Origin: a virus
Taxonomy: Duplodnaviria; Caudoviricetes
Length of the DNA: 50,764 nucleotides
IMG/VR virus record: IMGVR_UViG_3300049737_000544
Location: 1 to 50,764 of that record
Strand: one strand, 5' to 3'
Below the pieces are notes generated by a model. That model was given only the letters and a program-made list of their open reading frames with translations. It ran no database searches and was not told the origin of the DNA. Shown piece by piece: positions 37,001 to 46,200 of this stretch; position 1 is the first letter of the stretch; each line of letters begins with the position of its first letter. Made by a program: the position numbers and the translations under genes.

Positions 37001-40000
37001 TAGTCTCAGTAATAGCATTTAAGGTCAAAAACTTAAGCATTGGCTCATAATAAACATCTGCCAAGTCTCTAAGCAAATCTTTCACCTTACCTTGATAAAT
37101 ATCTGTTTGAGTTGTAATTCTCCAGTCTTTAGCGTCTGGGTCCAAGCCTAATTCTTGTAGTCTTTCAACAATTCCAGCTTCGCCAAACTGCTCAATCATA
37201 CTTTCTTCTAAAGTCCATTGTCTACCAAATCTGTTAGCAACTTTTATATTTATAGCTTCTACAAGGTCTTTATAAAAACCTAATTGAGGTATTGTAAACT
37301 CTCCATTGGGGTCTGGACCTTTTGGCGGAGGAGGAGGTCCTTCTGGCGGTTTCCTAACTTGCCCAGCTTCGATTGCATCAGTCAAAGCGTTTTCTTTATC
37401 AATCTGATCTTGAGTCTTTGTTGGTTCTTTTGCATCTTTTCTTTTAGAACTTATTAACTTTACTGGTCTGTCACCTTTTATATTGACGACAGTTGAAGGA
37501 AAGAAGCCCCATCTTGTAAGTCCGCCATTGCCATCAAACCTAATGTCTCCAGCTCTAATTTCATAAGTATGTAATTTAGATGGAGTCACATCTGGAGGTC
37601 GAAAAAGTCTATCCATAATGTCTCTGTTTTTTTCTTTTCGTAAATCAATAGCACCTGTTTTTTCTATATCTTCTTGTCTTACTCTTTCTCTATTTGCTTT
37701 ATCTACTTCTTCTTGTGTAATTTTGGATTCTGCTACTTCAAACTCTGCATCTTCTTTAGTCAAAGTAACTAAATCTCCATATCTCAACTCTGAAGTAGGT
37801 GCGGCTCGATAAACTGTTAAGATAGCATCGGGGTTGCCTTTAATTTCTCGAAGCTTATTTATTAATTCTGTTTCTTCTTTATATCTGCCGTCATTAAAAT
37901 ATTTTAAATTTTCGTAATTTTCTCCCGCATCAAAAGAAAAAACAGAGTCTCCTCTTGCGGTAATTTCTTGTGTAGCTTCTTGATTTAAATCGTGTGCTGG
38001 GGGTCCGTATTGTGCGGGGACAAAATCTGAGGCATGACCCGAAGATTCATCTCTGTCAGGAGTTAGATTTTCAGACCTGTTAGCTCCTGTACCTTCAGAA
38101 ACGCTTTGTTCGCCTGTAATCTCTCTAGATCGTTCTCCCTCTCTAGTTCCTGTAACTTGCCCGTCTCTGGATTCTGTTGCATCTGCACTATTATCTTCTC
38201 CCACTCTTTCACTTTCCTGCTGTTCTGCAAAGCTTCTGTTAGTGTTGAGGTAAGACTGGTTGATTCTGTAGATTTTAAAATCTGGCTGGGAACTATCGTA
38301 CCCAAACGCATTTCGTAATCCGACAGTAACTTCGTTAAAGGTGTTGAGACTGATTGCATTTTCTATATCCTCTATTAATTTTGTAGTTCTTGGTGCATTT
38401 AATTTAAAAAACTCAGAATTAGTATATTTCAATGAAAAAACTTGTGCAAACATTTCAGAAGCTAAGAACTGGGGAAAGTTTGATTCTTCATAAGTTGTTT
38501 TGGGAACTCGTAAAGATTTCATTCCAAAGTTTTTATAATATATTTCTACGTCACCTATTGCACTTTCAATTTCTTCTGTAGAAATTATCTCTCCATTTTT
38601 TATTTTTTCCCTTACTGCGGCAACTGTGTAAGCATTATCCGCATGAACAAAAAGACTATTCATTGGATAAGCTAGTAACCCGCCTAATTTTTTGTTCTCC
38701 ATTTTTGCATTGAAGACAGCTTGATCTTCGGACATTCCCCTGCCTAACCTCAAAGTTTCCATTTGTGTTTGAAAGTTAGAGTCTCGATAAAGATTGTATA
38801 TTTCATTAAAAACTTCTCCTCCAGTTTTAAAAGAAAAATCTTGAAGTTTTTGATCTCCAGCATTAAACCTAACATTTTCTTTTTTAAAATCAGGAAAAGC
38901 AAAAAGGGGAGAATTAAAAGCTAAAGAAATACCAGAGCCATCAGTGTTTTGATTGTAAGTAAAGTCTATGTGGTGTGCTATTTCATGTAAAAAAGTTTGA
39001 GCTGCATTATAATTTAAAAAATTTCTATCTTGCTCAGTATTAAAATATTGTTGATCTAGCGTTATAGATGCACTACTTTCATAGTATTCACCACGAATAA
39101 ATTCGTCAAGATCATTTCTAAGTATCTTAATAGAATTAACCCCTGTTAATGCTTTTTCGGGCAGTCCAAGTTGTAAGGAAATATCTAGAATTTCAGCCAA
39201 TCTAACATCTTCTGCTTCTGTCGGACTTCTATATCTGCCAACAACTCTTAAATTTTGTCTTATGAATTCTGGCTCAACAGTTTTGTCTTTAGTAATTTCT
39301 GGCTCTGGTAATTCTTTACCTTTTCCAATATCAATAATTCTTTTAATATCCTCCGCAGAAATATCATACAAATTCATCTTTTCCATAGTTTCAAGAGAAG
39401 TGCTAAAACTTAAACCTTCTCCTTTTTCAGATTCAGTTGTTTTGAATTCACTAATTGTTAAAAAGCCTTCTTTTTTCTCTGCTGCTCTAATTAAAAAATT
39501 TGTAATAAAACTATTTTTAATTTTATTTATTTGCTCTTCCGAATGATTTACTACAGGCACATCTTCCTCACGAAAATCAGGAGCTAATACAGTGCCTATC
39601 GGTCTTTTAAATTCATCTGTATCTGGAAACTCATCTCTTGTTATATCTTTTGATGCTTTTGATGTATCAGGTGTTGTTAAATTTGTAGGTGAAAAATAAT
39701 TTACAAATTTATTTAAAGTCTCTAAATCATTTTGTAAATTTTCTTTTACGCTATCTTTTGATGTTGGAATTCTTTCTTCAATGTTAGTTGCAAAGTCTTT
39801 TACTTTTTGGGTAAAAGAATCTGTGTCTAATATTTCAGTTGCAGACACACCCATAATTTTTAAAACATTTTTATTCGTTTTCAAAATATCTTCAAAGTCT
39901 ACTTCCATTTCTTCTGAAAGCAGATCATTGAGTTCAGAAACAAGAACTTTTTCTTCAGCAGAGAGTTCTGGAATTTGTGTATCAGTTTTTAAAATGTTTT

Positions 40001-41522
40001 TTGTTAATTCAGCATCAACTAAAAAGTCAGGAGCCCCTAATTCAAAACTTTCTCTTGTAGGGTTGAGAAGTTGGTCAATATTTGCGTTTTTTAAATCTAT
40101 GGGTTCATTAGCTGAAAATCTACCAAAATTTCTTCCCATAATACCCTGTCTATTCGCATATTTAGCCAAGCTTAAAAAAGTATCATCCATCGCATGAAAA
40201 TTAGATTCTACTTCCTTTGACATGGTATCAAGCTCTCTAGCTACTTTCCTGCCAACATTGGGGTCTAAAGAATTTAAAAATGATTTTACTTCTGGAGCAT
40301 ATTGAACTGCCCCCTGAGTTGTAACTATTCCCCCAGCACCTACTAAAGTTGCAATAGTTGTCATTTCTGCATTATCTCTCAAAACATCAATCCAACTAGG
40401 ACCTTTATAAGTTGGGTCGTCTTTCAAATTCCAAGCTATATTAAGTTCATTTTTTACACCTCTAACAGCTTTATTGGTTTCTTGTAAAAAAGTATTTAAA
40501 TTTTCTGCTCCTAATTCTGTAGCTACTGTTGCAAATCCGTTTGTGATGAAATTTTCTAACTTACCTTTATTTTTTTGTCTAAAAGCTTTTAAACCTCTTG
40601 TCACAAAAGGAAGGCTTATAAGTTCAGTTCCTATTTCTAAAGCCCCAGAAACATCACCAGCAGCTGCGGCTTCTCTATGAGTCAAACCACTTTGTAATGA
40701 TTCTCTATAAGTTGCAGTGCTTTCTAGTTGTCCAAAGACAGGCAAAATACTATAAGCAAAAGCTGGATTCCTAGTTAAAGCAGTTGTTATAAAAGCAGGT
40801 GCCATTAAAGTGAAAGATGTAACTCCAGAAGCAGCTGCCCTGCCTTCTTTGCCTAATCCATGTTGTTCATACACTCCTTCTATATATTTTTCCCTTTCTT
40901 TAATTCTCTCTTCAAGAGCATCATAATCACTGGTAATGCTTTCAATAATTTCAGCTTTTTTAGCTATCGGAGTTTGATTCCAAGTTTCTTCTTGAAATTT
41001 TCTAAACTCATCTTTTTTAACAGCTATTTCTATATCAGAAAATATAAAAGGATTTGGACTTATAAGACTGTCAGGAGGCTCTTCTCTGCCTGTAGCTACA
41101 TCCACATCTTCCCGTATTTTTCTTTGTCTCGCAATGTCAAAAGCGTTGGCAACAGTAGGAAAAGTAGATTTTAAACCTGCTGGTACTACATCTGTAAAAA
41201 ATTCTGTAAAAGAATCATACAAGCTGTTAATGTCATTTTTTGTTTTTTCTGGGTTAAGCAAACCTTCTGCAATTAAACCAGCTGGATTGTTTGTTACTAA
41301 AAATTGAGGAACTTTGAAAGTTTTTCTAACCTGTACATCCTTTGCAAGTGTATCGAGAGTTTCACTTGATAAAGTAGATTCTTCTTTTATTTCTTCTGTA
41401 ACAGGAGTTTCAGCTATAGTTCCAATAGCTGGTGCATCTAAATTTTCCTCTTCTTCTTCTAGAAGATCAACAGTTGGCTGTATTTCACCAAGAATATCAT
41501 TTAGTTCTTTTTGTGTAGCCAT
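34083..41522 (-). CDS. giant polyvalent internal virion/ejection protein (zincin, ART-like, LPD38-like regions)
   Basis: 2479 aa; FLHEIAHHID..SEMFAQ; LTVYRAAP..GDLVTL; IPKPYGY..NKDHFGSPI. Confidence 0.75.
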   Translation of the reverse strand: MATQKELNDILGEIQPTVDLLEEEEENLDAPAIGTIAETPVTEEIKEESTLSSETLDTLAKDVQVRKTFKVPQFLVTNNPAGLIAEGLLNPEKTKNDINSLYDSFTEFFTDVVPAGLKSTFPTVANAFDIARQRKIREDVDVATGREEPPDSLISPNPFIFSDIEIAVKKDEFRKFQEETWNQTPIAKKAEIIESITSDYDALEERIKEREKYIEGVYEQHGLGKEGRAAASGVTSFTLMAPAFITTALTRNPAFAYSILPVFGQLESTATYRESLQSGLTHREAAAAGDVSGALEIGTELISLPFVTRGLKAFRQKNKGKLENFITNGFATVATELGAENLNTFLQETNKAVRGVKNELNIAWNLKDDPTYKGPSWIDVLRDNAEMTTIATLVGAGGIVTTQGAVQYAPEVKSFLNSLDPNVGRKVARELDTMSKEVESNFHAMDDTFLSLAKYANRQGIMGRNFGRFSANEPIDLKNANIDQLLNPTRESFELGAPDFLVDAELTKNILKTDTQIPELSAEEKVLVSELNDLLSEEMEVDFEDILKTNKNVLKIMGVSATEILDTDSFTQKVKDFATNIEERIPTSKDSVKENLQNDLETLNKFVNYFSPTNLTTPDTSKASKDITRDEFPDTDEFKRPIGTVLAPDFREEDVPVVNHSEEQINKIKNSFITNFLIRAAEKKEGFLTISEFKTTESEKGEGLSFSTSLETMEKMNLYDISAEDIKRIIDIGKGKELPEPEITKDKTVEPEFIRQNLRVVGRYRSPTEAEDVRLAEILDISLQLGLPEKALTGVNSIKILRNDLDEFIRGEYYESSASITLDQQYFNTEQDRNFLNYNAAQTFLHEIAHHIDFTYNQNTDGSGISLAFNSPLFAFPDFKKENVRFNAGDQKLQDFSFKTGGEVFNEIYNLYRDSNFQTQMETLRLGRGMSEDQAVFNAKMENKKLGGLLAYPMNSLFVHADNAYTVAAVREKIKNGEIISTEEIESAIGDVEIYYKNFGMKSLRVPKTTYEESNFPQFLASEMFAQVFSLKYTNSEFFKLNAPRTTKLIEDIENAISLNTFNEVTVGLRNAFGYDSSQPDFKIYRINQSYLNTNRSFAEQQESERVGEDNSADATESRDGQVTGTREGERSREITGEQSVSEGTGANRSENLTPDRDESSGHASDFVPAQYGPPAHDLNQEATQEITARGDSVFSFDAGENYENLKYFNDGRYKEETELINKLREIKGNPDAILTVYRAAPTSELRYGDLVTLTKEDAEFEVAESKITQEEVDKANRERVRQEDIEKTGAIDLRKEKNRDIMDRLFRPPDVTPSKLHTYEIRAGDIRFDGNGGLTRWGFFPSTVVNIKGDRPVKLISSKRKDAKEPTKTQDQIDKENALTDAIEAGQVRKPPEGPPPPPKGPDPNGEFTIPQLGFYKDLVEAINIKVANRFGRQWTLEESMIEQFGEAGIVERLQELGLDPDAKDWRITTQTDIYQGKVKDLLRDLADVYYEPMLKFLTLNAITETKYNHFVYSLHAPERNAYLPTKFTESIAEAEADLLTLEAEGKGSKQDVINAKRKLTTLQNKLKKAESGSGITTEQAVKNLEKYGVEYRNGVATGVTAKGKAYLNAYESFHKPMIEYMRKTYTDSGLITQDKISDWNQRYNYYVPLKGFAEDTLIDPKTGREIKRSGTSNNLIKSQMTVSGQIVKKAKGRESLADSPLQQSVIDTVSALIQSEKNVIVKSMADLSRAFPNDQFWLVIEDAGQLESVDATWDDAKGKSRVGFKEDGVQKYVELYDKRLAQGFDDFDNTITGNFMKTFRYATRYLSMVNTSLDPAFMINNFIRDVQTAYFNLLAEEEITSGRAQGLEISKKYFTSLNILNNSKLLIKFEKNKTLANKGMKEEMAELQRSGAEINIQLIKKLGEKYNLSPELVLKNAKMLQFKKYGGETGYIDQKNIEQMTQEFQTLRDIYSGSIKAAPKKVLRDSLAIVERFNSGVENAARFTAFEGYIEMIGGIDVATPKDFEKAATLAKNLTINFNRMGTMGPTANAMYMFFNASIQGSVNVARGLIGKEKSSRKVKAVAALGALGSLQTMWNILYAAEDEEDGVNWYKKIPDWEKQTKFIFMYPDIDLSKGKITVDKWGTGSKYYVISDDGERKLPIGLGIPKPYGYALFHDIGRITTEYALSKNIDNYNVSLQQAAADLGESLLHNYAPLSFGDRDNLGETLTLAVAPSVTKPVVNWMQNKDHFGSPIKTSESVRDLIGDTMPRSYNESRRALGFTKGLTKTINNLTGGNQFYEGAVDIDPRTLQFFLGEATGGLGRTSFRFYQAGEALVTGSPLPPTDILGLRRIIAGPRDYVDSEIYERNVQEFLKFEGASNQFADTDLDEEKMSETEEEFEERIGTGLDALGVVGDKETRESLSDIDTPYKTATKEIKELNKQLRELNLEYQVAETFEEKMELEAEKKEIQLDILVVKKNFNQEFNEAKKDVEEELKEN

Positions 41523-41526
41523 CTAG

Positions 41527-43131
41527 CTACCTCAATGATTTTTGTAATAAAAATAAAATTTCTTTTTCTGACAAATCAATTTTTCTGGCTGCTGCAACAC
41601 TTTTAATAGTTTGTATTTCATTTTCAAGAAAATCTTTGCCATAATTATTTTCGAGTTGTGAAATAGCAGAATTGTAATTTGCAGTACTTACATCAAAACT
41701 TTCATTGCCTTTTATAAATTTAAGTTCATCTGTAGATGGAACTGCTGGAAAACCTTTCGGCTCTGTTTTTTGCCCCATCATTAAATCTGATCTAATTTCT
41801 TCTTTAGAAGGATAAGTGTTTATAAAGGCTTGTTGTATAGATGAATCAGTTAAATCACCTGTCCACTCAAATAAACCTTCTTCTCTGTATGATTCGTTAG
41901 AATGAGGTTGAATAAATTTAGTAAATTCGTTTTTTTTGGGTCCAAGAATTTCTAAAACTTTAGCCAACTCTCTTGCTGTATTTCTTTTATCGGTTCCTCT
42001 TTTAAATCTTTCGAGAAGTTTATTCCCTCCTTGTTTAACAAAAGATTCTCTAATTTTATCAAATTGATTATTATAAGTTTCAAGAACTTTAATATTTATT
42101 TTAGCTATTTCTTCTGGGTCTAATACATTTGCTCTCCTTTGAGAATTATCTTTAGCCTCTGCAACAAATTTAAACATTTCAGCATTGCCAGTTCTTAAAA
42201 TAGTGCTAACAAGTTGTGTACTGCTTCCAGCAAAATCGACCATATCTTTGACAGAAACCTGTACTGCATCTCCTAAATTTTTATCTGATTGCTTTATAAC
42301 ATCTGAAGTAATGTCAGGCATATAACTACTAAAAATTTTTGTTGCTTGAGCTTCTGCGGCTTCTTTGGAGGCTCCTTTCTCTATTGCTGCTTTATATATG
42401 TCGTCATTACGAACAGTAAAATTACCTTTGATAATTGCAGCTTCCGAATTTTCTGTAAGTTGAGTATTTGATAAATCAGTATTTACATCAATAATTTTTC
42501 CTTCAAAATTTCCATCACTACTCACAAATCTTTTGCCAAAATAGTTTGTTGTTTTTGGTTTAAATATTTCATTAAAAGAATCGCTATTGTCAGCTAAGGC
42601 TTCTAGTCCAGCAGGATTTCCATTTTGCAATAAATCTAAGGCTTGTCTTGAGTCTTTTAAAGCCTTTACATACTTTGGGCTTATTACTTCGTAAATATCT
42701 AATCCCTTTTCAGAAACTTGGTCAAAATATGAAGAACCAATTTGAACTGCTAAATCGTAAGAGTTAGAGCCTCTTTTAAGCGTACCTTTTTCTATTTGGT
42801 CAGAAACATCTGCAAGATAATCAAAAGAATTCGCTAAAAAAGCATTATCAAGCGTTGTATTTCTAAATTCTGAAGTTCTTTCAGATTCTTGAAAAGTTAA
42901 CTCCTTAATATTTGAATCTATAAGATTTGTTTTGGCTGTGGAAAAAACATCAGTTTCTAAAACTGTAGCATCTCCGTCTTGTACTTTTGCTTCTAAATCT
43001 ACAAAAGGTTGAGTTTGTGCTTGTAATTTTTCTTCGGCTAGTTCTTTTTCAACTAAATTATCACCCAGTCTTGCAAAGCCCAACATAGTAGACAAAGAAC
43101 GATTAAAGCCTGTTGAAAAATCTGTTGCCAT
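41527..43131 (-). CDS. internal virion protein
   Basis: 534-aa helical ORF in ejection cluster. Confidence 0.6.
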   Translation of the reverse strand: MATDFSTGFNRSLSTMLGFARLGDNLVEKELAEEKLQAQTQPFVDLEAKVQDGDATVLETDVFSTAKTNLIDSNIKELTFQESERTSEFRNTTLDNAFLANSFDYLADVSDQIEKGTLKRGSNSYDLAVQIGSSYFDQVSEKGLDIYEVISPKYVKALKDSRQALDLLQNGNPAGLEALADNSDSFNEIFKPKTTNYFGKRFVSSDGNFEGKIIDVNTDLSNTQLTENSEAAIIKGNFTVRNDDIYKAAIEKGASKEAAEAQATKIFSSYMPDITSDVIKQSDKNLGDAVQVSVKDMVDFAGSSTQLVSTILRTGNAEMFKFVAEAKDNSQRRANVLDPEEIAKINIKVLETYNNQFDKIRESFVKQGGNKLLERFKRGTDKRNTARELAKVLEILGPKKNEFTKFIQPHSNESYREEGLFEWTGDLTDSSIQQAFINTYPSKEEIRSDLMMGQKTEPKGFPAVPSTDELKFIKGNESFDVSTANYNSAISQLENNYGKDFLENEIQTIKSVAAARKIDLSEKEILFLLQKSLR

Positions 43132-43132
43132 C

Positions 43133-43414
43133 TTAATCGAAAAGCTCCCCTAATAGATAGCCACCTACTAGACCTACTATTGCTCCTACAGGTCCAGCAG
43201 CTGCACCAGCACTTGCAAAAGCTCCGCCATATCCCACAGCTGCACCCACACCTGCCAGTGTACCTTTTGTCTGAGCCGCTGCCATATCTTTTTGTCTTTC
43301 AAGAGATTCTTCGGCAAGTTCTTGTTGTGCTTCTAGTTTTGCAGATTCAGTCAGTGCTCTCATTGCCTGATCTTTTTGCACTCTTCCTATTCCAATTAAT
43401 CCTTTTGCTGCCAT
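43133..43414 (-). CDS. Gly/Ala-rich internal virion protein
   Basis: glycine-zipper C-terminus. Confidence 0.6.
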   Translation of the reverse strand: MAAKGLIGIGRVQKDQAMRALTESAKLEAQQELAEESLERQKDMAAAQTKGTLAGVGAAVGYGGAFASAGAAAGPVGAIVGLVGGYLLGELFD

Positions 43415-43416
43415 TT

Positions 43417-43929
43417 TTATACCGCTGTTCTTTGTTGTGTAATACTTCCTAACCCGCCAGAAAGAATTTGCATTCTTCTTTCTTCTGATCTCATTCTAGC
43501 AAAGTTTTTTGCCGCCACAATAGAACTAGTTTCAGTTCTGTCTAAAGAATTATTAGCTGTTTGTCCTACATTCATACCATAACCTGCTTGTCTCCTTTGC
43601 TCTTGCCCTCTTAAATTTGCAAAGGTACTAGCCGCAACTGATTGAGCTCTATTTATTTCGGCTTGTTGTTGTTCTGGAAAGCCTTCTTGCATTTCTGATA
43701 TTAGCCTTTGTTCTACTGGGAAAAATCTAGTTAAGTAATCTTGAAATTCTGCCTCATATAGTCTCGATAAAGTTTCTTGTGCTCCAAAATCTCCAGTAGC
43801 AGTAGGGTCTACAAAAGGTGTAGATATATTAGGTTGGACCGCACCAAAAATATTAGGGGGGGGCGAAAAAATGCCTAGTCCTGCTCCAAGAGCTGCTTGT
43901 CCCATTTGAGTATCAAGATATGGTCCCAT
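43417..43929 (-). CDS. internal virion protein
   Basis: DYLTRFFPVEQRLI, similar to neighbour YQQYFVPLENQYI. Confidence 0.6.
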   Translation of the reverse strand: MGPYLDTQMGQAALGAGLGIFSPPPNIFGAVQPNISTPFVDPTATGDFGAQETLSRLYEAEFQDYLTRFFPVEQRLISEMQEGFPEQQQAEINRAQSVAASTFANLRGQEQRRQAGYGMNVGQTANNSLDRTETSSIVAAKNFARMRSEERRMQILSGGLGSITQQRTAV

Positions 43930-43931
43930 TA

Positions 43932-44519
43932 TTATTTACCAAAGCCTCCAGAAGCCATATATAAACCAACTCCTGTACCTACTCCTGTTCCAATTAAAGA
44001 TTGTCTTGCAAGATAATTATTCGCTGCTGTTTGAGCCTCAGATTTTGCTCTTTCAGTTGCTAAAGAAGCAACATCACCTATACCAGCAATTGCTTTGCCT
44101 GATTGTCCTTGTCCAATATTTATAAGACTTTGTAAGCCTTGATATTTTATATCGGCTTGACCTGACTGTGCCTCAGCTGCTGCCAACGAGGCTCCTCTTG
44201 CAGATTGATTTATAACATTCTCAACTGCTCCTCTATATTGACCGCTTGTTGGGTCCATACCCCTTGCAAAAGCTTCCGCTTCTATTCCCTTTCGTGTAGC
44301 TTGATATTCTGGTTGCTGTAAAGCATTTACAAAAGATTCTACGCTTTCAAAAGAAGCATCATCTCCCAAGCTAAAAACATCTTGTATATATTGATTTTCC
44401 AAGGGCACAAAATATTGTTGATAAAGATTAAATCTTCTTGCTGCAATTTCAGCTAATTTTTTTTGAGCCGCTGTATCTTTTACTGAGGCTGGACCGCCTT
44501 TACCACCACCACCACACAT
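43932..44519 (-). CDS. internal virion (ejection) protein
   Basis: MCGGGGKGG N-terminus, Gly-rich C-terminus. Confidence 0.65.
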   Translation of the reverse strand: MCGGGGKGGPASVKDTAAQKKLAEIAARRFNLYQQYFVPLENQYIQDVFSLGDDASFESVESFVNALQQPEYQATRKGIEAEAFARGMDPTSGQYRGAVENVINQSARGASLAAAEAQSGQADIKYQGLQSLINIGQGQSGKAIAGIGDVASLATERAKSEAQTAANNYLARQSLIGTGVGTGVGLYMASGGFGK

Positions 44520-44520
44520 A

Positions 44521-44982
44521 TTAAATCCTCTTTTTTGTTATGAATCCAACTTCACTATAGCCATTAGATTCTAGAAATTTTTTATAACTTTTACTTACTT
44601 GATTTGTAGAAGAGCCAATGCATATTTCTACAGCATTTTTATGTTTAGCCCAAGATTCAAATCTATTTAACATAACTTTTAATCCCTCATAAGCATAATT
44701 TCTGTAATCAGGTAAAAATAAAACTATTAAGTCTTGAGCTAGTATTTTCTTTGAAAAAAAGTATTCCGTTACATATCCAAAAAAAATTCCTATAACTTTT
44801 TCTTCAAGTTCTGCTACACAAGCAAAAACATCTGAAGAACTTGTATTAGCTCCTTGAATTATTAGATCATTATATTTATCAATATCCCATCCTGCTACAG
44901 AAAAAAGACTATTCTCTTGAAAACCTTTTCCTATTTCGAGGCATTGATGATAATCATCTAACTCAAGCTTCCTAATAATCAT
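44521..44982 (-). CDS. GNAT-fold acetyltransferase-like protein
   Basis: IIRKL, VAE...IG, L.PDYR, FESWAK, GY..VG; typical position before ejection genes. Confidence 0.75.
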   Translation of the reverse strand: MIIRKLELDDYHQCLEIGKGFQENSLFSVAGWDIDKYNDLIIQGANTSSSDVFACVAELEEKVIGIFFGYVTEYFFSKKILAQDLIVLFLPDYRNYAYEGLKVMLNRFESWAKHKNAVEICIGSSTNQVSKSYKKFLESNGYSEVGFITKKRI

Positions 44983-45057
44983 ACAGTTAATTAGAAGATA
45001 CCATCTTTTAATACTTGTATCAAAGCAGAATCCTTATATATCTTGATAAATTAATTA

Positions 45058-45086
45058 TTGAATCTTTTGTAATTATATGTTACACT
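45058..45086 (+). promoter_or_regulatory. sigma70-type promoter of inserted two-gene unit
   Basis: TTGAAT, 17 bp, TGn-TACACT. Confidence 0.7.
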
Positions 45087-45117
45087 TCTATTTTATTCAT
45101 CAATAAAGGAGAAAAAA

Positions 45118-45321
45118 ATGATTAATAAATTTGTGATAACAGTTGAATGTCCTGTTGGAAAAAAAGACATACACTTTAATTTTAAATATTTGGAAGAAAA
45201 ACAAAAATGGATAGTATCTGATAGAAGGGTAGCTTCTGGAGCAAGTTCTATTTATGAAAACCATAATTTAGAAAATGCTATAAGAGATATACTTAGCATC
45301 AAAGCTATGGAGGTCAAATGA
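45118..45321 (+). CDS. hypothetical protein
   Basis: AAGGAG RBS after promoter. Confidence 0.65.
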   Translation: MINKFVITVECPVGKKDIHFNFKYLEEKQKWIVSDRRVASGASSIYENHNLENAIRDILSIKAMEVK

Positions 45322-45788
45322 AAACCTCTAAAGAATCTTTAAAAATTTATAAAAAAATAAATGATCTTTGGTTGTCAAATGATTATTTGACAGCTACTCA
45401 AGTACGACAAAAAGTCCGTTGGTATTATTTTACAGGCAAAGATAATCCTTTTAAATTAAATAAAATAGATTACAAATTGGCTAAATCAATTTGTCGTCAA
45501 ATTTATAAGAGGACCCTTCAAAAAAAATGTCCCTTTGTTTTTGAAAATGAAACAGGTCGCAGACATAATTGGAGAACTTGGAGCAAAAAAAATGTTTACA
45601 ACATTAATACCGATACAGGCTGGTCATGTTTGACACATGATTTTTCTCACTGGATGCACCATGAAAAATACAGGGGAAATAAAAGACCTCATTGTGCAGA
45701 ACACGCAGCCTTAGAATTGCGTATGACAAAACTGGTTTTAGAAAAACTAAGTAAGATTAAGATTAAGATGGAGGACTTGGAAAAATAA
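45318..45788 (+). CDS. His-rich zincin-like protein (HDxxH)
   Basis: GGAGG RBS; LTHDFSHWMH..PHCAEH. Confidence 0.6.
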   Translation: MKTSKESLKIYKKINDLWLSNDYLTATQVRQKVRWYYFTGKDNPFKLNKIDYKLAKSICRQIYKRTLQKKCPFVFENETGRRHNWRTWSKKNVYNINTDTGWSCLTHDFSHWMHHEKYRGNKRPHCAEHAALELRMTKLVLEKLSKIKIKMEDLEK

Positions 45789-46200
45789 CTTCAGATAAAG
45801 ATTCTATGTTGTTGTATTTTTCTGGAAGGTCTCTAAGTTCTTGTCGATAGGAAGCCCATTCAGCTATTTTGCTGTCAGATAATTTACAATCTGTTATTTG
45901 GGTCCAATCACATCTAAAAAGCAGACCATCTCTTTCTCTACGAAGTAAGATCAAACAACGAGCTTTATCTGCCTCCCATTCTTTAGTATCGTAATTGAAC
46001 TTATGATATTCTGTAGGTTTGGGAGGTTTTGCTACTAACCCTTTATCAAAAACATAGTGAGTGTCAGGAGTTACTGATTCTGAGATTATTAAAACCTCTT
46101 GCCCTTCATCAGCATTCATGGCTTCTACAGATGAAAGCGTAGACTCACCCCAATAAATAATTCTTCCACTTGAAATTTCGTAAACTATATATTTAATCAT
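45763..46200 (-). CDS. tail fibre assembly chaperone
   Basis: LRRERD.LL..CDWTQ..W..YRQELRDLP..FP.PP. Confidence 0.8.
   Translation of the reverse strand: MIKYIVYEISSGRIIYWGESTLSSVEAMNADEGQEVLIISESVTPDTHYVFDKGLVAKPPKPTEYHKFNYDTKEWEADKARCLILLRRERDGLLFRCDWTQITDCKLSDSKIAEWASYRQELRDLPEKYNNIESLSEVIFPSPPS

Noticed and set aside
35797-41526. Several plus-strand ORFs and 38063-38359(-) within the giant gene
   Set aside because: Antisense or alternative-frame shadows with no supporting motifs
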